Below, in pieces: positions 56,936-64,000 of a stretch of 64,000 bases of DNA. How positions within the stretch are numbered: position 1 is the first letter of the stretch; every line of letters starts with the position of its first letter. A program made the position numbers and the translations under genes. The DNA comes from an uncultured Gemmatimonadales bacterium (GTDB taxonomy: Bacteria; Gemmatimonadota; Gemmatimonadetes; Gemmatimonadales; Gemmatimonadaceae), in contig CAWKNZ010000005.1 in assembly GCA_963851265.1 (NCBI GenBank), positions 128,001 through 192,000 on the forward strand, read 5' to 3'. The notes under the pieces were generated by a model. The model was not told the DNA's origin, made no database searches, and saw nothing but the letters and a program-made list of their open reading frames with translations.

Positions 56936-57493
56936 CTACATGCCGGCGCGCTGACTCGACGGCGGCACGCGGCCGCGCAGGCGCAGATACGTCACGAGGT
57001 TGCCGTAGTGCTCGTCGTCGTGCGCGGCGTTCTGGATGAGCGACGGAACGCCGGCGCCCTGCGCGCCGCCGGCCGCCAGCGCCTGCGCGTCCGTGAGCGC
57101 GTAGGCGCGATCGCAGTACGCGAACGATTGCTGGAGCGCGTCGGAGATGGCGGCCTTCGTCGTCCGCGTCTTCTCGACGTCGGCCTGCATCGGGCTCGCC
57201 TCGCCGAGTGCCTTCGAGCAGTAGTAGAACTGTCCCGCGGCGACGTGGGCCAGCACCTGGCCGAGCGTGCGGACGCCGGGCGTCGGGCGGAACGCGTAGT
57301 CGCTGTCGGTGGCCTGCGCGGCAGTCTTGAGCAGGTTGTCCTTGACGCCGGCGTAGACGCCGCGCGTCGCGGTCATGACGGGGTTCGCGTCGCGCGTGGC
57401 GCCGGCGGGCGTGGACGCCGCGTTCTGCGCGGCGGCGACGCAGGGTGCGGCCGCGAGCACGAAGGCCGCGAGGGAGAGGACGGGCGATCGCAT
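56936..57493 (-). CDS. Exported DinB-family protein
   Basis: Signal peptide, FRPTPGVRTLGQVLAHVA, HDDEHYGNLVTYLRL..PPSS. Confidence 0.88.
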   Translation of the reverse strand: MRSPVLSLAAFVLAAAPCVAAAQNAASTPAGATRDANPVMTATRGVYAGVKDNLLKTAAQATDSDYAFRPTPGVRTLGQVLAHVAAGQFYYCSKALGEASPMQADVEKTRTTKAAISDALQQSFAYCDRAYALTDAQALAAGGAQGAGVPSLIQNAAHDDEHYGNLVTYLRLRGRVPPSSQRAGM

Positions 57494-57602
57494 GGTCGGG
57501 TCGGAATGGGAGAGGCGGCGTGCGCGTGTTCTGACGGCCGCCGTCGGCATGGCCGAACGCGTGGAGTATGGTGCGCCGCACGCCGTTCCGTCACCCGCGC
57601 TC

Positions 57603-58247
57603 TCACACGCCGCCTCGAGCACCGCCCCCGCGCACGGCGTCGGCCATCGCACGTTTCGAGTCCCGCGCGAACCGCCGCTGCAGCATCCGGCCGAGCGGAT
57701 GGCCCATCCTCGCCAGCACGTGCCCGGGTCGCGAGAACGCCGAGAGGTCGTACCACACGCGATCGTTCACCCGGCTCCACTCGACCGAGAACCGCTCCTC
57801 GCCCACCTCCGCGTGATCGGTGAGCGTGCCGTAGGCGAAGCCGAACCGCCGCACGTCGCCGGCCTGCTCGTCCAGCACGTACACGATGCGGCTCGGGTTC
57901 ACCGACCAGAAGCCGAAATGGCGGATCACCGCCGCGACGACCACACCCTCGCGGATCGGTGCGTCGCCGGGGTAGATGGTGCACCACCCGAGGGTGAACA
58001 TCGTCCACGCCCGGAGCGCGTCCGTGGCGCGGCGGAACACCTCGCCCCCCGACAGCTCTCCGACGTCGAGCCCGCCCGCGCTCAGCCCCGTGCCGCCGCC
58101 GAGCAGGACGCGGTTGCGATCGATCGTGTAGTCGTCGGGCATACGGCCGCGGGTCGCACCCACCTCAGCGTACGAGTGCGGCGTCTCGCGTTGGGCGTCG
58201 AGGTACCGGTCGAGCCAGCGCGCCGTCGGCTCGGTGGCGAGGAACAC
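57603..58247 (-). CDS. DUF1990-family protein
   Basis: SYAEVGAT, RIVYV, FGFAYGTL..HAEVGEERF, AFSRP. Confidence 0.88.
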   Translation of the reverse strand: MFLATEPTARWLDRYLDAQRETPHSYAEVGATRGRMPDDYTIDRNRVLLGGGTGLSAGGLDVGELSGGEVFRRATDALRAWTMFTLGWCTIYPGDAPIREGVVVAAVIRHFGFWSVNPSRIVYVLDEQAGDVRRFGFAYGTLTDHAEVGEERFSVEWSRVNDRVWYDLSAFSRPGHVLARMGHPLGRMLQRRFARDSKRAMADAVRGGGARGGV

Positions 58248-58277
58248 CCGGCCGTCCAGGCGCGCCGCGCGGCGCGC

Positions 58278-59822
58278 CTAACGGTGGCCGGCCAGCGCCG
58301 GCTCGCCCGGCTCGACCGCGGCGGCCGTGTCGCGCCGGCCGCCGTCGGCGTCGCCGATCAGGTCGGCGACGATCTTGCCGCTGCTCATCACGCCCGGCAG
58401 CCCGGCGCCCGGGTGCGTGCCCGCGCCGGCGAAGTACAGGTTCGCGATGTCCTCGCTCCGGTTCTGCGGCCGCATCCACGCGCTCTGCAGCAGCGTCGGC
58501 TCGATCGAGAAGGCCGAGCCGAGGTACGAGTTGAGCGTGCCCTCGAAGTGCAGCGGGTCGATGCGGTGCTCCGAGACCACGTGCTTGGTGAGGTCGGGGA
58601 GGTACGTGCGCTCGAGGTACTGCATGATCGCGTCGCGGTAGCGCGGCGCCGCCTCGCGCCAGTCGGTCTTGCCCCCCAAATGCGGCACCGGCGAGAGCAC
58701 GTACCACGAGTCGCACCCCGGCGGCGCGAGCGACGGGTCGGTCGCGGTCGGGCGGTGCAGGTACAGCGAGAAGTCTTCGGCCAGCGTCTTCGTCCCGAAG
58801 ATTTCGTCCAGCAGCGGACGATACCGCGGGCCCATGAGGATCTCGTGGTGGGCGATGTCCTCGTAGCGGCGGTCCGTCCCGAAGTAGATCACGAACAGCG
58901 ACATCGAATACCGCTTGCGCCGGAGCTTCGCATCGGTCATCCGGCGGCGCACCGCTGGCGCGACCATCTTCATGTACGTGGTGGCCACGTCGGCGTTGCT
59001 CACGACCGCGTCGGCCCGCAGCCGCTCGCCGTCGACGAGGCGCACGCCGGTCGCGCGCGGCCCGCCGCGGCGCGACGCGTCGATCTCGATCTCGGCCACG
59101 TCGGCGTTCAGCCGCAGCTCGCCGCCCAGCTCCTCGAACAGCCGTGCGTACGCCTTCACCAGCGCGCCCGTGCCGCCCATCGCGAACCACACCCCCCACC
59201 GCTGCTCCAGCGTGTGGATGAGCGTGTAGATGCTCGTCGTCTGAAACGGGTTGCCGCCGACGAGCAGCGGGTGAAACGAGAACACCTGCCGCAGCCGCTC
59301 GTCCTTGATGTGCCGGTGCACGTACGACGCGACCGAGCGGTCGGCGCGCAGCCGCACGAGGTCGGGCAGCACGCGCGCCATGTCGGTCAGCTTCAGGAAC
59401 GGCTTGTCGATGAGGTCGAAGCCGGTCTTGAAGATCGCGTCGCCGCCGGCGAAGAACTTCTCGTAGCCGGCGACGTCGTCGGGGTTGAACTGCCGGATCT
59501 GCTCGATGACGTGGTCGCGGTTCCCGTCGTAGCGGAAGACCGAGCCGTCGGTGAAGCGGATGTTGTAGAACGGGTCGACGGGCACGAGGCGCACGTAGTC
59601 CTCGCTCTTCCGCCCGGCCAGCGCGAACAGGTCGTGGATGAGCCACGGCGCCGTGATGATGGTCGGGCCGCCGTCGAAGGTGAAGCCGTCCTGCTCGTAG
59701 ACGTACGCGCGTCCGCCGGGCTTGTCGCGCCGCTCGACGATCGTGACCTCGTGCCCCTGTGCCTGCAGCCGGATCGCGGCGGTGAGGCCGCCGAACCCCG
59801 ATCCGACGACGACGATCCTCAT
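58278..59822 (-). CDS. crtI: Phytoene desaturase
   Basis: VVVGSGFGG, FDGGPT, HPLLVGGNPF, SLYLHRP, GAGTHPGAGLPGV. Confidence 0.95.
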   Translation of the reverse strand: MRIVVVGSGFGGLTAAIRLQAQGHEVTIVERRDKPGGRAYVYEQDGFTFDGGPTIITAPWLIHDLFALAGRKSEDYVRLVPVDPFYNIRFTDGSVFRYDGNRDHVIEQIRQFNPDDVAGYEKFFAGGDAIFKTGFDLIDKPFLKLTDMARVLPDLVRLRADRSVASYVHRHIKDERLRQVFSFHPLLVGGNPFQTTSIYTLIHTLEQRWGVWFAMGGTGALVKAYARLFEELGGELRLNADVAEIEIDASRRGGPRATGVRLVDGERLRADAVVSNADVATTYMKMVAPAVRRRMTDAKLRRKRYSMSLFVIYFGTDRRYEDIAHHEILMGPRYRPLLDEIFGTKTLAEDFSLYLHRPTATDPSLAPPGCDSWYVLSPVPHLGGKTDWREAAPRYRDAIMQYLERTYLPDLTKHVVSEHRIDPLHFEGTLNSYLGSAFSIEPTLLQSAWMRPQNRSEDIANLYFAGAGTHPGAGLPGVMSSGKIVADLIGDADGGRRDTAAAVEPGEPALAGHR

Positions 59823-60784
59823 GCGGCCGGGGCGCGCCGCGCCGCGAGCGCGAGCGGGAGACCCATCGCGAGCGCGCCGAGCACGGCCGCCCAGGTCATC
59901 CCGTACCGCGCGCAGATCGTGATCGGCAGCACGCCGTTCACCGCGTAGAGCACCAGCGGGAATCTGGTTGGCGACACGCGCCGCGCCCACGCCGACGGCG
60001 GCACGATGGCGAGCATCACGCGCGCGACGATCGTTCCGGTCAGCAGCCAGCCGATCCAGTTGGAGAGTGGCATCCCGTAGAACAGGTCGCTCACGAACCA
60101 GCGCTGCAGCAGGGTTTGTTGCCCCGCCGCTGCGAGGTGCCACGTCCAGTGCGCGGTGCGCACCATCGCCGGGTCCATCGAGACGTCCCACGCCGTGAGC
60201 ACGAGGCCCGCGACCGCGGCCCACGCCCACCGGCCGCGCGCGTCATCACGCGCCGAGAGCAGCCGCCCGCAGATCGCGAGCGAGCAGTAGAGCATGAAGA
60301 ACCAGCTCGTGGGGATGTTGAACGGGACGAGGCCGAGGACCTTGTAGCCGAGCAGCCCGCTGTAGCCGTAGGGCCCGAACGGGTACCCGGTGTGCGTGCC
60401 CGACAACTCCGCGGTGAGCGAGATCAGAAATCCGAAGATGAAGATCAGCCCCGCGCGGCGGGCGCCGAGCCGGCCGGCCGCGTGCAGCAGCCCGGCCAGC
60501 GCGCCGAGCACCACCGTCGTCGCCGGCCCGAAGGTCCACCCGATCTGGAGCGCGCGCGCGTTCGCCGGCTCCGCGAGCCACGCGGGCGGCGCGCCGCTCA
60601 GGAACGTCGCGAACGCGACGGCCGAGAAGATCGAGAGCGCGGCGTGGAACGCGAGGCACACCGTGGCGGCGCGCACGAAGCGCGCGCCGACGGTCTGGTC
60701 GAGCGCGTCGGCCGGGGCGCCGTGCGGCGCGGCGGCCGGCCGGTCGAGTCCCGCACTGGCGCGGGGAAGGGCAGCGGACGACAT
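59819..60784 (-). CDS. cruF: CruF-like carotenoid 1,2-hydratase (DUF422)
   Basis: TM helices, ELSGTHTGYPFGPYGY, AWDVSMDPAM, YGMPLSNWIGW; between crtB and crtI. Confidence 0.82.
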   Translation of the reverse strand: MSSAALPRASAGLDRPAAAPHGAPADALDQTVGARFVRAATVCLAFHAALSIFSAVAFATFLSGAPPAWLAEPANARALQIGWTFGPATTVVLGALAGLLHAAGRLGARRAGLIFIFGFLISLTAELSGTHTGYPFGPYGYSGLLGYKVLGLVPFNIPTSWFFMLYCSLAICGRLLSARDDARGRWAWAAVAGLVLTAWDVSMDPAMVRTAHWTWHLAAAGQQTLLQRWFVSDLFYGMPLSNWIGWLLTGTIVARVMLAIVPPSAWARRVSPTRFPLVLYAVNGVLPITICARYGMTWAAVLGALAMGLPLALAARRAPAA

Positions 60785-60832
60785 GGGCGGAGATGATGGG
60801 CGCGGTGAGGCGGGCGCGTTAGGCGGTGTGCG

Positions 60833-61933
60833 TCACGCGAGCGCGACGGGGTCGGGGACGGGCGCGTGCACGTCGTGCGCCTCGACCCGGCCGCCGCGGA
60901 AGCGCCACGCCTGCCAGAGCACCGCCGCGCGGCGCGACGAGTTGAGCGAGGCGCGGCGCGTGATCGTGTCGTACCCCGCGCGCTCGATCGCGCCGAGGAT
61001 GCCCGCGTAGCCGGTCGAGCACGCGGCGGCGCAGCGGCGGGCGTCGGGGGCGAGCAGGGCGATGCCCGGCGCCGCCGCGTCGTAGAGCGCGCGCGCCCGG
61101 GCGACCATCGCCGCAGCGAACGCGATCCACCGCGGGTCGCAGGCGAGCGCCGCGGCCGCCGACGGGCCTGCCCCTCCGCGGTCCGGCGCCCCCGCGCGCT
61201 CGAGGACGTCATCGGGCGTGAGGTCGAACGCGGCGAGGTCGCTCGCGGGCAGGTAGCAGCGGCCGCGCCGCGCGTCCTCGCCCACGTCGCGCAGGATGTT
61301 CGTGAGCTGCATCGCCACGCCGAGGGTGCGCGCGTAAGGCAGCGCGCGGGCGCGCAGGCGTTCGGTGGTGAACGCGGTCCCCAGCGGCGCGACCGCCGCG
61401 TCGCCCACCCCGAAGACGTACGTGCACATCACGCCCACCGAGCTCGCCACCCCCTCGCAGTACTCCACCAGCTCGGCCCACGTCTCATAGCGCGTCGGCG
61501 CGAGGTCCCGCGCCACGCCGGCGAGCAACTCGCGCAGCGTCTCGGCCGGCACGCCGTGGGCATCCACCACGCGCCGCAATTCGCGGAACACCGGGGCGTG
61601 CGCGGCGACGCTCGCCGGAAGCCCAGCCGCGCCCAGCCGCGTCCGCTCGCCGTACAGGGCGACGTCGAGCGCCCGCTCGTAGTCGGCCAACTCGCGCGCG
61701 ACCGCGTCCGGGGTGGCCGCCTCGCCGTAACGGCCCTGCGCGCGGTCGACCAAGTCGTCGGCGATCCGGCAGAACGCGTAGAGCGCGTACGCGTCGCGGC
61801 GCTTGGCCGGCGACAGCAGCCAGCTCGCCAGATAGAACGTCCGCCCGTGCTCCCGAACGACGGCGGCGCACCCGCGCGCGTCGTGATGCGCGGCGACATC
61901 GCGTCGGGTCGAGCGTCGGGCGAGTTCGGTCAT
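60833..61933 (-). CDS. crtB: Phytoene synthase
   Basis: TFYLAS, YAFCRIADDLVD, YCEGVA..VG, MQLTNILRDVGED, GRCYLP. Confidence 0.94.
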   Translation of the reverse strand: MTELARRSTRRDVAAHHDARGCAAVVREHGRTFYLASWLLSPAKRRDAYALYAFCRIADDLVDRAQGRYGEAATPDAVARELADYERALDVALYGERTRLGAAGLPASVAAHAPVFRELRRVVDAHGVPAETLRELLAGVARDLAPTRYETWAELVEYCEGVASSVGVMCTYVFGVGDAAVAPLGTAFTTERLRARALPYARTLGVAMQLTNILRDVGEDARRGRCYLPASDLAAFDLTPDDVLERAGAPDRGGAGPSAAAALACDPRWIAFAAAMVARARALYDAAAPGIALLAPDARRCAAACSTGYAGILGAIERAGYDTITRRASLNSSRRAAVLWQAWRFRGGRVEAHDVHAPVPDPVALA

Positions 61934-62042
61934 CGCGTGGCGTGGGTCCGGGGAGCGAGGCGATCGGTGTGACCAGAGCGTGGGCACCGCGTCCGCCCGC
62001 AAACGACTGGCCGCGGGCTCACGGTTCCCCGAAAGCCGAGGA

Positions 62043-62123
62043 TGCTCGGGGCGGGACTCGAACCCGCACGCCTTGCGGCACCAGATCCTAAGTCTGGCGC
62101 GTCTGCCATTTCGCCACCCGAGC
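62043..62123 (-). tRNA. tRNA-Leu (anticodon TAG), CCA not encoded
   Basis: GCTCGGG acceptor stem, CCAGA-CTTAGGA-TCTGG anticodon arm, long variable arm, GGTTCGAGTCC T-loop. Confidence 0.95.
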
Positions 62124-62205
62124 CAACCCGCCCCTCGCGGCCAATTATAGCCGCGACGACGCTGCAACGCGTCGGCCGCGGCAGCGCTCGCGCCAGCACC
62201 CGTCG

Positions 62206-63810
<1,605 letters not shown>

Positions 63811-63841
63811 GGCCGGGTCGGTGTGGGGCGTCCTGCAATAT

Positions 63842-63882
63842 GCGAACGGGGGCGGCACCCGTTGGGTGCCGCCCCCGTTCGC
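63842..63882. terminator. 19-bp perfect hairpin downstream of dnaK
   Basis: GCGAACGGGGGCGGCACCC-gtt-GGGTGCCGCCCCCGTTCGC. Confidence 0.7.
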
Positions 63883-63897
63883 TGACGGCATCGCGAC

Positions 63898-64000
63898 TTA
63901 CTTCTTGTCGTCCACGATCTCGTAGTCGGCCTCGACCACGTCGTCGTTCGCGCGACCGGCGGTCGCGCCGGCCGGCTCGCCCTGGCCGTCGCCGTCCGTC
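63898..64000 (-). CDS. dnaK: C-terminus of DnaK (partial)
   Basis: Reads ...ANDDVVEADYEIVDDKK*, the typical DnaK tail. Confidence 0.8.
   Translation of the reverse strand, partial: TDGDGQGEPAGATAGRANDDVVEADYEIVDDKK

Noticed and set aside
56299..62123. Genomic island integrated at tRNA-Leu
   Set aside because: No integrase and no duplicated tRNA 3' end seen; composition and octamer content resemble the flanks.

Overview
Very GC-rich (roughly 75% by eye) bacterial chromosome segment; gene content and style suggest Gemmatimonadota (inference). It is mostly core genes: an ECF sigma/zf-HC2 anti-sigma pair, menG, mutM with a short UvrC/Cho-like nuclease, purD, metB-like, glmM-glmS, moaDEA-modABC-moeB and moaC, dtd, maf, LPS genes, trpE, ClC, tig-clpP-clpX-lon-engB, crtB-cruF-crtI, tRNA-Leu(TAG), degP and the dnaK 3' end. 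An accessory metal-related block lies at 15.9-27.3 kb (LytS/LytTR, TonB-dependent receptor, truncated peptidase, copA-csoR, Met/His-rich envelope protein). Main observations: (1) the non-palindromic octamer CGTTAGGC/GCCTAACG occurs at least 26 times, on both strands and in several reading frames, forcing rare codons such as TTA, like a HIP1- or uptake-sequence-type DNA signal; (2) two promoters carry three 21-bp-phased LytTR-type boxes at the same distance from a -10, predicting a small regulon (sensor kinase plus TonB receptor) next to a CsoR-controlled copper efflux operon; (3) two gene remnants and three +1 frameshifts (glmM, copA twice), the frameshifts probably sequencing errors. No CRISPR array, IS or prophage was seen. 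All calls come from reading motifs by eye, without database searches.
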